This document shows, piece by piece, positions 30,722-40,329 of a DNA stretch of 64,000 nt (its first letter is position 1; each line of letters starts with the position of its first letter). This stretch comes from Patescibacteria group bacterium (GTDB taxonomy: Bacteria; Patescibacteriota; Patescibacteriia; UBA9934): positions 96,992 through 160,991 of the forward strand of contig JBAQTB010000001.1 in the NCBI GenBank assembly GCA_049296775.1, given 5' to 3'. Both the position numbers and the translations under genes were made by a program. Under the pieces are notes generated by a model, which was not told the DNA's origin, searched no databases, and saw only the letters and a program-made list of their open reading frames with translations.

Positions 30722-30798
30722 AAGTTACTCACAGTATACAAACAATCTGAGAGAAACAAAAACGAGCCCGGGTGGACTCGTGTTTGTACGCTATCTAG

Positions 30799-31569
30799 TT
30801 AAGAAGCGGAGACGTCGATGATCTTAGTGTCAGGGCTAACTGGAGGCGTAATCTGCGGCGGCTTGATGAAAATGGCGTACAGGATATAGGTCAACACGGT
30901 GCTCACAAAGATGTAGAGTGTAGTGCCGCCTGGCAAGGTCGTCAGACCCAGAACCAACATCATGATCGGTAAAACGTACAACATCATCTTGTTCATGCTA
31001 GCCGTCATATCTTCATCCAAAGCCGCGGCGCTCTGTCTCACCACTGCCGGCGGACGGCGTGACACCATCTGTCTAGCCTGGAAATACTGAGCCACAGCTG
31101 ACAAAATCGCTAATGGAATGGAGATCTTGGCCAAGTTCATGCCCAAGAACATGTGCGCCATGACTCCTGGATTATGCACAAAAGAGTACAGAGTCTCAGG
31201 ATCAACGGTGGAAATGCCAGCGGATAATACGCGGTACAACGTGATAAAGATGACTAACTGCAGGATCAACGGCAGACAAGAAGCAAAAGGATTAACCTTG
31301 TGCACTTTGTAAACGGCCATCAATTCTTTAGCCATCTGCTCTTGATTGTCCTTAAACTTAGCTTTGATCTCAGCAATTTTTGGCTGAATCTCTTGCATCT
31401 CCTTTTGCACCTTCATGGCCTTGAAGGTCAGGGGGAAAACCGCACATTTTATCAATGCCGTCACTAGAATAATCGCCAAACCAAGCCCGCCCCACGGCAA
31501 GAGATTATACAAGATAACGAGTAAGTTGTAGAGCGGTTGGTAAAGTAAGGTGAAGAAAATATTCCCCAT
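30799..31569 (-). CDS. yidC: Membrane protein insertase YidC (short, Gram-positive/CPR type)
   Basis: YQPLYNLLVILYN..., GLAIILVTALIKCAVFPLTFKAMKVQKEMQEIQPKIAEIKAKFKDNQEQMAKELMAVYKVHKVNP: the 60KD_IMP core. Confidence 0.85.
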   Translation of the reverse strand: MGNIFFTLLYQPLYNLLVILYNLLPWGGLGLAIILVTALIKCAVFPLTFKAMKVQKEMQEIQPKIAEIKAKFKDNQEQMAKELMAVYKVHKVNPFASCLPLILQLVIFITLYRVLSAGISTVDPETLYSFVHNPGVMAHMFLGMNLAKISIPLAILSAVAQYFQARQMVSRRPPAVVRQSAAALDEDMTASMNKMMLYVLPIMMLVLGLTTLPGGTTLYIFVSTVLTYILYAIFIKPPQITPPVSPDTKIIDVSAS

Positions 31570-31571
31570 AC

Positions 31572-32822
31572 TTAAGCCTGATCTGAATTAGCTGCCTCCG
31601 CCACAGCCGCTTCTGGCTCAGCAACCTCAGGCTCTGCAGTCTCAGCCGGAGCCACCACTGCAGCCTGTTCTTCTTGGATATTAATCTTCCAGCCACTCAT
31701 CCGTGAAGCTAAACGTACATTCTGACCACCACGGCCAATAGCTAATGACAACTGATCAGAAGCTACCAAAATATTTACTTCACGATCCTCCTCACGCACA
31801 TCAATGCCCAAAGTCTTAGCTGGTGCCAAGGTGTTACGCAGAAACTCTTTAGGGTCATCATTCCACTCAATGACGTCGATCTTTTCTCCGGCTAATTCAG
31901 CAATGATCGTCTGAATACGGGTACCACGCTGACCAATACACGCACCAATCGGATCAATCTGTGAATCACGTGAAGACACGGCGATCTTAGTTCTAGCTCC
32001 AGCCTCACGTGCTAAAGCCTTAATCTCTACCAAACCTTCACCAATTTCTGGAATTTCAATTTCAAACAGATGACGAACCAAATTCTCATGCGTACGTGAC
32101 AGCAAAATCTGTGGACCACGGGGTCCAAGAGACACTTCACGCACATACACCTTAATACGATCCCCTGACCGGTAACGGTCACCGTGCATCTGATCTTCAG
32201 GCTTCAAGATACCGGCCGTCCGGCCAATATCGACCAAAATAATTCGACCTTCATGGCGCTGGACAGTACCAGTAATCACCGTACCCTCAACGCCCTTGAA
32301 TTCGTTAAAGATAATTTCACGCTCAGCTTCACGGAGCTTTTGCGTGATAACCTGCTTAGCTGTCATGGCGGCCATGCGACCAAATTCACCCGGAATTGGC
32401 AATTCAACCCGCATAACATCCCCCACCTTGGAGCTCATCTTCAAAATCCTAGCATCGGACAACATGACGTCCGTCTTAGGGTTGAACTTATGACCTTCTT
32501 CAGTCACCGTGTCCTCATGCATCGGTGGACCAAAATCCCCCATAGCCCGTCTAGCCTCTCTAGCTGCATTCTCGGCGGCCTCACGCTGACGGAACTCCTC
32601 CAATTCTTCTGGAGTAATATCCTCAACTACCGTCTTAACATCAAAAATCTTAACTCCGGCTGTGTCGGGAGAGAACTCAGCTTCAAGATTGTGATACTTA
32701 TCACCAAAATCCTTACGGTAAGCCGCGGCCAAAGCTGACTGAATGGTTTCTAGCACCGATTCATAAGATAAACCCTTTTCTTCACAAATCTGGCGCATGG
32801 CCTGTTCAATGGGAGATGACAT
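31572..32822 (-). CDS. nusA: Transcription termination/antitermination factor NusA
   Basis: N-terminal NusA domain, S1-like and two KH regions (GACIGQRGTRIQTIIAELAGEKIDVI; AIGRGGQNVRLASRMSGWKINI). Confidence 0.9.
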   Translation of the reverse strand: MSSPIEQAMRQICEEKGLSYESVLETIQSALAAAYRKDFGDKYHNLEAEFSPDTAGVKIFDVKTVVEDITPEELEEFRQREAAENAAREARRAMGDFGPPMHEDTVTEEGHKFNPKTDVMLSDARILKMSSKVGDVMRVELPIPGEFGRMAAMTAKQVITQKLREAEREIIFNEFKGVEGTVITGTVQRHEGRIILVDIGRTAGILKPEDQMHGDRYRSGDRIKVYVREVSLGPRGPQILLSRTHENLVRHLFEIEIPEIGEGLVEIKALAREAGARTKIAVSSRDSQIDPIGACIGQRGTRIQTIIAELAGEKIDVIEWNDDPKEFLRNTLAPAKTLGIDVREEDREVNILVASDQLSLAIGRGGQNVRLASRMSGWKINIQEEQAAVVAPAETAEPEVAEPEAAVAEAANSDQA

Positions 32823-32907
32823 AATATTTGCTATTTAACAGATGAACTCGGCCATCAGCCGAGTCCAGATACCCACAGATTAACATGTGCACAAAAAGTG
32901 TGCAAGT

Positions 32908-33264
32908 TCAGCCAACAGCCTCAAAGAGGCTAATTCTAGCTGGGCTAAATTGAGATTCAATCGCTACAACGTCAATTCTGAAGGGGCGATGGGTTAAGTT
33001 TTTGCTACGTAAATAGAGCTCAGCAGTCTTTGCGATCTTTCTTAATTTGGCCGGCGTCACCGCTGCTTCCGGGTAACCAAATTGATCCGTATGTCTGGCC
33101 TTGACCTCAATAAACACAATCTCCTGGCCGACCTCCGCAATCAGATCAATCTCACCAGCACGCGTCAAAAACTGACGATCGAGAATTTTATAACCTCTCG
33201 CAACTAAATACTCCTCAGCTAGTGCTTCACTCGCGTCCCCAAATAGTCGACGAGCATGAGGCAT
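32908..33264 (-). CDS. yraN: YraN-family (UPF0102) endonuclease
   Basis: GEDLAEEYLVARGYKILDRQF..GEIDLIA......VFIEVKAR pattern. Confidence 0.7.
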   Translation of the reverse strand: MPHARRLFGDASEALAEEYLVARGYKILDRQFLTRAGEIDLIAEVGQEIVFIEVKARHTDQFGYPEAAVTPAKLRKIAKTAELYLRSKNLTHRPFRIDVVAIESQFSPARISLFEAVG

Positions 33265-33269
33265 ACAGC

Positions 33270-33680
33270 CTAGCGACGACGCGGCAAATATTTGTTGGCT
33301 TCAGACTTAGACTGTTCCTGCAAACGCAAAGCTGGCACCTGAGTACGTTGGAAATACACCAATCTACCAATCGACACAGCTAAAATTAACATGATGATCA
33401 AAAACCAGAAACGGGCTCCAAAAATTGAGATCTCCTCCGTGGCTAAAAACAACCAAAACAAACCAGCGATCCCGGTAAACACAGACATGCCGGTCATACG
33501 CTCTAAAGCCCGGCGCTCAAACTTATCTTTACGTGACTTTCGCATAATGCGGAAAGACAAACCAGCGATAATCGCTAAGGCAAAGATGATGAAAAAGCCG
33601 ATTTCAAAGGTTGTAGATAATCTGACCGGGGTGAGATCAAACCAAAATTGCAAAGAGAAGATATTGTCCATAATGGCCAA
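33270..33680 (-). CDS. Small membrane protein, hypothetical
   Basis: 136 aa with 3 hydrophobic helices. Confidence 0.35.
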   Translation of the reverse strand: MAIMDNIFSLQFWFDLTPVRLSTTFEIGFFIIFALAIIAGLSFRIMRKSRKDKFERRALERMTGMSVFTGIAGLFWLFLATEEISIFGARFWFLIIMLILAVSIGRLVYFQRTQVPALRLQEQSKSEANKYLPRRR

Positions 33681-33722
33681 ATGGTAAAACCCCCACCGCT
33701 TTTAGTCAATCTCAACCAGCGA

Positions 33723-34265
33723 TTATGCCAAGGTGTAAATACGTCCCCAATGCGATGGACTCGGCCTAAAGGTACCGCAAGACTCACAGCCAGCCCTAGC
33801 AAATGTCATGTCTATCTCGTCTGGATGGAGCCTAAAATCAGCGCCAGGTGCCACCGGATGACTAGCATCAGTCAGCCAATCAATCACCACTACCCGACCA
33901 TCAGGCTTTAATAAACGCCTGATCTCGCGGGCAATATCAGCATGTCGCACGGCCACCGGCAAAGTGTGCACTAAAAAAATTCTATCCAATGACTGTGCCG
34001 GAATGGCCAAGTCACCAGCCTCAATGTCGCCGTGAATGAGATCAAGATTGTGAATTAAATACTGCCGGCGCCGACCCTCCAACATATCTAAAGCCTGCTT
34101 TGAGATATCGACTCCGTACACCTGGCTAGATTCCCCCACCACCTGAGCGGCCGGAAAAATCAGATGCCCCGTGCGGCCCACGCCAAAATCAGCCACATGC
34201 ATACCGGTATCCACCCCGACTGCAGCTAAAATGCGTTTAGCGTCCAACAAGGCATTGCCTAACAT
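33723..34265 (-). CDS. Class I SAM-dependent methyltransferase
   Basis: VADFGVGRTGHLIFPAAQ (motif I G.G.G) and LIHGDIEAGDLAI. Confidence 0.55.
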   Translation of the reverse strand: MLGNALLDAKRILAAVGVDTGMHVADFGVGRTGHLIFPAAQVVGESSQVYGVDISKQALDMLEGRRRQYLIHNLDLIHGDIEAGDLAIPAQSLDRIFLVHTLPVAVRHADIAREIRRLLKPDGRVVVIDWLTDASHPVAPGADFRLHPDEIDMTFARAGCESCGTFRPSPSHWGRIYTLA

Positions 34266-34267
34266 AA

Positions 34268-34516
34268 TTAAAAGATTGAAGTTACAAAACCGCCAATGAA
34301 CCGATCAAACAAATTAGTCACCACAATGATGCCAATAATGATGATCACCATGCCGAGCAGCTTATAAAAAGTTCGGCTACCACCGCTTACAAAGGTCCGC
34401 TCTGCCCAAGCCACCGGCCCCAGCATAGTTAAAAACCAATTTGTCTTCAAAGCCATCAAATAACCGACCACGATTATCCCGGCCCCCAAAAGAATCCGTG
34501 TCAACATATTATTCAA
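34268..34516 (-). CDS. Small membrane protein, hypothetical
   Basis: 82 aa with 2-3 TM helices. Confidence 0.3.
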   Translation of the reverse strand: MNNMLTRILLGAGIIVVGYLMALKTNWFLTMLGPVAWAERTFVSGGSRTFYKLLGMVIIIIGIIVVTNLFDRFIGGFVTSIF

Positions 34517-34708
34517 CTCAAAAACTCACCTTCAACATGGCTATTGTAGCAAAGAAACAGGAGGGGCGATAACAACATACAAAAACACCAACGTGAGTTG
34601 GTGTTTTTGGGGTTTATGTAAGCCCTTCGATGAACTCAGGACATTCGACTTGTAACTTCTACTTCACTGGTCGGAGACCATGAGCGAGGAGCGAAGCGAC
34701 GAGTCGAA

Positions 34709-34784
34709 TGGTGGACTTTAGCGGGATCGAACCGCTGACCTCTTCCATGCCATGGAAGCGCTCTACCAGCTGAGCTAAAAGCCC
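34709..34784 (-). tRNA. tRNA-Ala (anticodon GGC), CCA encoded
   Basis: Cloverleaf GGGCTTTTAGCTCAGCTGGTAGAGCGCTTCCATGGCATGGAAG...GGTTCGATCCCGCTAAAGTCCACCA with the G3:U70 Ala identity pair. Confidence 0.85.
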
Positions 34785-34856
34785 CTAAAGAAAACCTATC
34801 CAAGTTTGTCCATCTCTGTCAGTCTCAATGGCCCCTTACCTTTACAAGAAAACCGC

Positions 34857-34960
34857 ATAAAATTTTCGGAGACGAGGCGCGGGGAAGCCGAGACCGAGGC
34901 GTAGGTGAATCCTACGTTGAGGTCGAGGCGGGGCCCCGCAACAAAGTATCCGGAAATTTT
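34857..34960. other. About 100-nt GC-rich structured element (long imperfect hairpin) in the spacer between tRNA-Val and tRNA-Ala
   Basis: The flanks AAAATTTTCGGA ... TCCGGAAATTTT are complementary. Internal hairpins include GTAGGtgaatCCTAC and GCGCGGGG...CCCCGC. Confidence 0.35.
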
Positions 34961-34974
34961 ATGAGGTTTTCCAC

Positions 34975-35051
34975 TGGTGGATGCTGAGGGATTCGAACCC
35001 CCGACCTACTCGGTGTAAACGAGCCGCTCTAACCAACTGAGCTAAGCATCC
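34975..35051 (-). tRNA. tRNA-Val (anticodon TAC), CCA encoded
   Basis: GGATGCTTAGCTCAGTTGGTTAGAGCGGCTCGTTTACACCGAGT...GGTTCGAATCCCTCAGCATCCACCA. Confidence 0.85.
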
Positions 35052-35139
35052 ATAAAAATCGGAACAGCCGCACTATAATAGACTACTTTAGAATTCTTGC
35101 CAAGTGGTCGATTATCAAGTACACTTGCCCGGCTAAAAT

Positions 35140-35226
35140 GCGAACGTGGCGGAATTGGTATACGCGCCAGCTTGAGGGGCTGGTGCCAGCAATGGCTTAA
35201 GGGTTCGAGTCCCTTCGTTCGCACCA
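35140..35226 (+). tRNA. tRNA-Leu (anticodon GAG) with long variable arm, CCA encoded
   Basis: GCGAACGTGGCGGAATTGGTATACGCGCCAGCTTGAGGGGCTGG...GGTTCGAGTCCCTTCGTTCGCACCA. Confidence 0.85.
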
Positions 35227-35307
35227 AGCAATGACTTCCAAGTGGAAGTTTTTTTGTTAATTAAAAGGGTTTTCAAAATAGCTTAAGCGTGGTAATGTTC
35301 AGGTATT

Positions 35308-36048
35308 ATGGAAAATACCACTACTGAAGAGGTCTCCCAAGTAAGTAAAGAAGAACGCAAATTAGAGCAAGCTAAAAATGATCGTCGCCGGGCACGCCAG
35401 CAGCAGCTCATGCCACTTTTGCGCCTAGCTGGCATCGGATTACTGATCGTGGGCGTGATTGGGGGCTTGATCTGGATTGGAGAAACTCAAGATGCCGGCG
35501 TCAGTCAGCCGTCACCTATTAGCAATGAAGTCACGGCCGCGGATCACGTGTACGGCCCAGAGTCAGCCGCTGTCACAATTATTGAGTACGCCGATTTCCA
35601 GTGTCCAACTTGCGCAGCTTACGCTCCGCTCCTGGAACAATTGCTCGGCAATAATCAGGACAACGTCAGACTAGTTTATCGTTATTTCCCACTTCAAACT
35701 ATTCACCCTAACGCCACTATCGCCTCGCAAGCAGCAGAAGCGGCAGATAGGCAGGGTAAATTCTGGGAGATGCATGACCTGATTTTCGCTAAGCAGGCCG
35801 AATGGAATCGTTTAGCTAATCCTAGAGATACTTTTAGCACTTACGCCGAGTCCCTAGGCTTAGATGTAGCTCAGTTCCAAACCGACATGGACAGCAAAGA
35901 AGCCAAAAATCGTGTTAATGCCGATTACCGCAGTGGCCTAAGCGCTGGCGTCTCCGGTACGCCCACCTTCTTCATTAATGGCGAGCCGCTAGAGAATCCA
36001 AAAGGCCTAGAAGCCTTCCAAGCTGTAATCGATGCCAAACTCCAATAA
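35308..36048 (+). CDS. Membrane-anchored DsbA-family thiol:disulfide oxidoreductase
   Basis: N-terminal TM helix and a thioredoxin fold with the CPTC active site (YADFQCPTCAAYAP). Confidence 0.8.
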   Translation: MENTTTEEVSQVSKEERKLEQAKNDRRRARQQQLMPLLRLAGIGLLIVGVIGGLIWIGETQDAGVSQPSPISNEVTAADHVYGPESAAVTIIEYADFQCPTCAAYAPLLEQLLGNNQDNVRLVYRYFPLQTIHPNATIASQAAEAADRQGKFWEMHDLIFAKQAEWNRLANPRDTFSTYAESLGLDVAQFQTDMDSKEAKNRVNADYRSGLSAGVSGTPTFFINGEPLENPKGLEAFQAVIDAKLQ

Positions 36049-36051
36049 TCT

Positions 36052-36999
36052 ATGATCGAGCGTATAGCTCACGTTGACTACGTGTTGAGTGAACAGGAGC
36101 ATATCGCCTATCAAGGTGCTGATTATGCTTTCATATCAGCACCTTTTTTAGACCCTTGGAACTTGACCCTGTTCGGAGCAGCTATCGCCTTTATTGGCGC
36201 CCTCATCTTTGCGGGGCATAAAGTACCAGCCCTCAAAGATCGCATAAAATATTTCCGTGGCCGGGCTAGATCTTATCAAGACTTCATTCCGTGGATTCTC
36301 CGTTTCAGCTTAGGCGTAGCTTTGATTGGCGCCGGTAGCCAATCCGCCCTCATCTCCCCCGCCGTTCAACATCAACCCGCCTTTGCGACCCTGCAAATTA
36401 TCTTGGGCTTCTTAATGATCGCCGGCCTGGCCCTGACGCCTACCATCCTGTGCTCCCTAGCGCTGTCCATTGGAGCTTTAATCCTGCACCCGGGACTCAT
36501 CAATAATTTAGAGATTATCGCGTCACTGATAGCCGTGCTGTTGCTTGGACAAGCTAAACCAAGTGTCGATGACTTAATTGGCATACCCACGCTGAACTTC
36601 GCCGACAGCGTCAAGCGTTGGATTCCATTTATCTTGAGATTTGGCCTAGGCTTCTCACTAGCCTTCATGGCGATTGCTGAAAAATTCTTCAATCCCCACC
36701 TGTTTGGCACGGTCGTAGAGAACTACGGACTCACGAGCTACTTACCCCTCACGACCGGCATGTGGGTAGCGTCCGCCATGCTGATTGAGCTCTGTTTGGG
36801 TGTGGCCTTACTCCTTGGCATTCAAACCCGGATCGTCAGTGCTGTGACTTTCTTAGTGCTCAGCCTCACCTTCTTCATCTTCAGCGAGGAAGTCTACGCA
36901 CATGTCACGATTTTTGGAGCCTTATTCGTGCTCATTGTAACCGGCGGCGGACACATGAGCTTAGACAACTACTATGCCAAACAACGCCAACGCGGATAA
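36052..36999 (+). CDS. DoxX-like polytopic membrane protein
   Basis: 315 aa and about 8 TM helices, sitting between the DsbA and VKOR genes in the arrangement typical of DsbA-DoxX-VKOR loci. Confidence 0.45.
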   Translation: MIERIAHVDYVLSEQEHIAYQGADYAFISAPFLDPWNLTLFGAAIAFIGALIFAGHKVPALKDRIKYFRGRARSYQDFIPWILRFSLGVALIGAGSQSALISPAVQHQPAFATLQIILGFLMIAGLALTPTILCSLALSIGALILHPGLINNLEIIASLIAVLLLGQAKPSVDDLIGIPTLNFADSVKRWIPFILRFGLGFSLAFMAIAEKFFNPHLFGTVVENYGLTSYLPLTTGMWVASAMLIELCLGVALLLGIQTRIVSAVTFLVLSLTFFIFSEEVYAHVTIFGALFVLIVTGGGHMSLDNYYAKQRQRG

Positions 37000-37459
37000 A
37001 GTTAGCGGCACGCTCAAATACCTAGCTATCAGCATGCTCGCGGTGAGCTTCTTGGGCTTTATTGATGCTACTTACCTGACCGTCAGCCGTTTTACTGGAG
37101 CTAGCCTGCCCTGCACCCTCACTCACGCTTGTGACACCGTCACACGCAGTGAGTATTCGGTCATTCTGGGCATTCCAGTCGTCATCTTGGGCATGGCGTA
37201 TTACTTGAGCGTCTTTTTTGGCAGCTATCTCTACCTAGAATATCGTTCCCGGCTGTATTTCAAAATCACGGCCGCCATGACCGTGTTTGGTTTCCTATTT
37301 TCAGCCTGGTTTGTGTATGTACAGTTAGGCATCTTACAGGCTATTTGTCAGTACTGCATGTTATCTGCTTTAACTTCTACCATTCTGTTTATCCAAGGCA
37401 TGTGGGTGCTTAAAACTTCCGCGTCTTCCCAGTTACCAAGCGCAACCGACCAGGAATAG
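36974..37459 (+). CDS. Vitamin K epoxide reductase (VKOR) family protein, a DsbB analog
   Basis: 4-5 TM helices, the loop Cys pair CTLTHAC and the membrane-embedded CQYC active-site CxxC. Confidence 0.7.
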   Translation: MPNNANADKVSGTLKYLAISMLAVSFLGFIDATYLTVSRFTGASLPCTLTHACDTVTRSEYSVILGIPVVILGMAYYLSVFFGSYLYLEYRSRLYFKITAAMTVFGFLFSAWFVYVQLGILQAICQYCMLSALTSTILFIQGMWVLKTSASSQLPSATDQE

Positions 37460-38147
37460 CCCGAATATCAAACTCTTTGGCCTGCAATTTTTCACCACCA
37501 TCCAGCAAGAGATTGATATGTTTATCCAAGAAAATGTGAGCGTGCTTAAATGGCACTTTGCTTAAGCTAGTTTTTTTACCAAATAAAGAAAACCGCGATT
37601 GCCTCACGACTAAAACTAATTTGCCATCAGTGGGATCGGTCACGCCGGCATCATCCGGAAAAGCCAGATTCCTAACAGCTAAACTCGCTCTGCCTGGTAC
37701 CGTGACCGTATAAGCATCTTCACAGGCAATCACGGCGTCAGTCACATCCGCCTCTAGGGCATGCAAAAATCTCCGGCCGTTGACCTCACCAACATCGATA
37801 TTCTGCACTAAACGAGCTGACAAAATATCACAGGCCGCGACACCGCTTGGAATACCGAGCAGTTCGCCAAACACGCCTTTAGCACCCATCGGTAAATACC
37901 CAACCACCGTACGAGTGTCGCCCACGGCCTCAATAGCTTTACGAAAAGTATTGTCATCACCCACGGCCACCAACGTCTGGGCACCCTCCTCAATTTCATC
38001 ACGGATCACGCTCACGCCATCCCTAAACAAAGCCAGACGGGTAATCTTGCCCATGATCCCAAGATCAGTGAGACGGGTCTCTAGTAAGGCGAGATCGCGC
38101 TCATATTTCCGATCTTGTAAAAAAGCATCGTAGAAGTATGAGTACAC
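37410..38147 (-). CDS. Diacylglycerol/lipid kinase catalytic-domain family protein (DAGK_cat, YegS-like)
   Basis: LVAVGDDNTF...GYLPMGAKGVFGE resembles the DAGK_cat GDGT/GGDG region. Confidence 0.45.
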   Translation of the reverse strand: MYSYFYDAFLQDRKYERDLALLETRLTDLGIMGKITRLALFRDGVSVIRDEIEEGAQTLVAVGDDNTFRKAIEAVGDTRTVVGYLPMGAKGVFGELLGIPSGVAACDILSARLVQNIDVGEVNGRRFLHALEADVTDAVIACEDAYTVTVPGRASLAVRNLAFPDDAGVTDPTDGKLVLVVRQSRFSLFGKKTSLSKVPFKHAHIFLDKHINLLLDGGEKLQAKEFDIRAIPGRLRLVTGKTRKF

Positions 38148-38152
38148 AAAAC

Positions 38153-38563
38153 TTATTCAGTATCGTCTTCTGCTACTGCCGCAGGTGCAGCGCGCTTACC
38201 GCGGGCTGGCTTCACCGGCTCTTCTGCCCCCATCCGTACCGTGCCGTTGATCTGAGCTCCGGCACCAATAGATAAAACTTCGGCCGCCAAGTCACCCGTA
38301 AACTTAGATGATGGCAACATATCCAATTTGGCATTGATACGCATATTGCCCCGGACATCGCCAGCGATCACGGCATTCTCAGCCCGAATATCCGCGTCAA
38401 CTTTAGCCTCTTCACCAACGCTTAAATCCCCGGTGGCGTTAATCGTGCCGCGCACCTCGCCCTCAATGATGATGTTGCCTTCAACGGCAAAATCGCCTTC
38501 AACTTTTACGCCTTTAGCTACTATCGTCTCCCCTCCACCAGACTTTGACATAGAAAAAACCAC
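38153..38563 (-). CDS. Bactofilin (polymer-forming cytoskeletal protein)
   Basis: Repetitive beta-helical segments VEGDFAVEGNIIIEGEVRGTINATGDLSVGEEAKVDADIRAENAVIAGDVRGNM and a C-terminal acidic tail. Confidence 0.7.
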   Translation of the reverse strand: MVFSMSKSGGGETIVAKGVKVEGDFAVEGNIIIEGEVRGTINATGDLSVGEEAKVDADIRAENAVIAGDVRGNMRINAKLDMLPSSKFTGDLAAEVLSIGAGAQINGTVRMGAEEPVKPARGKRAAPAAVAEDDTE

Positions 38564-38595
38564 ATGTTTGAAAATTACTATTAGTCACCCCCTAG

Positions 38596-40302
38596 CTACA
38601 TCTCCTTTAGTACCTCAATCCCAATCGTCTCCATAGCATTCGACAACGTTTGACGCACGGCGTCAAGTAGCCCCAACCGAGCCGCAATGCGGTCGTGGTT
38701 ATCGTCATCTAAAATACGGACAGCTTCGTAGTATCTGGCAAATTCCTGGGACAGTTCAAAGGCATACTGGGCAATGACAGAAGCTCGGTACGTAGCCCCG
38801 GCCAATTGCACCGCCTCCGGGAAATGCGCGATTCGCTTAAGTAATGATTGCTCAAGCGGCAAGGTCAATAATTGCGGACGCACCTCCGGAGCCAGTTCGG
38901 CCTTGTCTAACAAAGTGTGGATTCTGGCGACTGTGTACAACACGTAAGACGCTGTATAACCCTCAGCGGAAGTCGCCTCCTCCATGTCAAAGGTTAACAC
39001 TTTTTCTGGATCTTGACGCAACATGACAAATTTAACACTAGCAATAGCCAAGGCCTTAGCCGTGGCCGCCACCTTGCGCGCTGACCAATCAGCATGCCGC
39101 GTGGCGGTTTCAGTCGAAAGTTTAGCCAACATCGTCTCACGCATGTCGGACCACCGGACGATATTACCTTTACGTGAACTCATGGCTCCATCAGGCAAAG
39201 TTACCATGTCATACGCCAAATGCTGAACAGTACCAGGAAAATTCATGAGCTCTAAAGTCGCCATGAGCTGACGCATGGCTAGAGATTGGCGACTATCCAC
39301 CACAATAATCAATCGATCAGCATCGTAATGACTTTCTTTTTTGACAGCCAAAGCTAAATCTTTAGCGTTATACAGCAAAGTACCGTCTGACTTTCTGAGC
39401 AGATTCACGCCCAAGCCTTGCTCTTCCAAATCCACAATGACAGCCCCTTGGCTCATCTTGGCGATACCGTCAGTTAACAAACGTTTAACTATGGCATGAG
39501 TATCCTCGATCAAATCATGCTCAAGATAAATATATTTAAGCTCCAAACCAAACTGATCAAAGGCTTCCTGCAAACCTTCCATTGACCACTTTTGCGTCTT
39601 CTTCCAAAGCGGCACCCACTCGCCCTCCATCAACTCCAACTGGCGCTGGATCTCGGACACCTCAGCCTTTTTAACTTCATCATCGCCAATGGCCGCGTTA
39701 GCTTCAGCGTAAATTGTGCCCAAATAATTCAACCTGTTTTCAGCTGGCGCTTCTTCACCAGCATGTAACTTCTCAAGGCCCCACAAACACTTAGCCACGT
39801 TATTGCCAAGATCGTTAATATAAGACACCGGCACAACGTCATAGCCGTTGAAACGCAAAATGTTCACAATGGCGGCTCCCAAAGACAGGTTACGCATGTG
39901 ACCAACATGAATCTCTTTATGGGTATTCAAGTTAGCGTACTCAATTAAAACTTTCCTACCCTTACCAGTTGTCGACTTTCCATAACGACCCTTCATGCGC
40001 GCCACGTCATTCAACACGTGGTCAGAAAAAGCAGTTTCGGCAAACTTAAAGTTCACATACGGGCCAACCGCAGAAATCGACTCAATCAACTTAGTCGGAC
40101 CAATCTTAGCTGCCACTTCCGACGCAATTTCGGCTGGATTCCGTTTCAAACCTTTAGCCAACTCAAAACACGGGAAACTCAAATCCCCATACTCTGGCTT
40201 AGGCGGCGTCAGCAGCATGTCAATCGTGACACCAGCCTGCTTTCCAAGAGCCTTCTTCAAGGCCGTATAAGCCTCCTTTTTCGCAACAGATAATGCGTAC
40301 AT
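38596..40302 (-). CDS. argS: Arginine--tRNA ligase
   Basis: HVGHMRN (HIGH), MSSRKG (KMSKS-equivalent in ArgRS) and a C-terminal DALR anticodon-binding region. Confidence 0.9.
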   Translation of the reverse strand: MYALSVAKKEAYTALKKALGKQAGVTIDMLLTPPKPEYGDLSFPCFELAKGLKRNPAEIASEVAAKIGPTKLIESISAVGPYVNFKFAETAFSDHVLNDVARMKGRYGKSTTGKGRKVLIEYANLNTHKEIHVGHMRNLSLGAAIVNILRFNGYDVVPVSYINDLGNNVAKCLWGLEKLHAGEEAPAENRLNYLGTIYAEANAAIGDDEVKKAEVSEIQRQLELMEGEWVPLWKKTQKWSMEGLQEAFDQFGLELKYIYLEHDLIEDTHAIVKRLLTDGIAKMSQGAVIVDLEEQGLGVNLLRKSDGTLLYNAKDLALAVKKESHYDADRLIIVVDSRQSLAMRQLMATLELMNFPGTVQHLAYDMVTLPDGAMSSRKGNIVRWSDMRETMLAKLSTETATRHADWSARKVAATAKALAIASVKFVMLRQDPEKVLTFDMEEATSAEGYTASYVLYTVARIHTLLDKAELAPEVRPQLLTLPLEQSLLKRIAHFPEAVQLAGATYRASVIAQYAFELSQEFARYYEAVRILDDDNHDRIAARLGLLDAVRQTLSNAMETIGIEVLKEM

Positions 40303-40329
40303 AATCGTAGAGAAGGAAATCGCGATGGG

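Noticed and set aside
35042-35227. 61-aa minus-strand ORF
   Set aside because: It lies entirely within the tRNA-Leu(GAG) gene on the opposite strand. It is a translated tRNA artifact.
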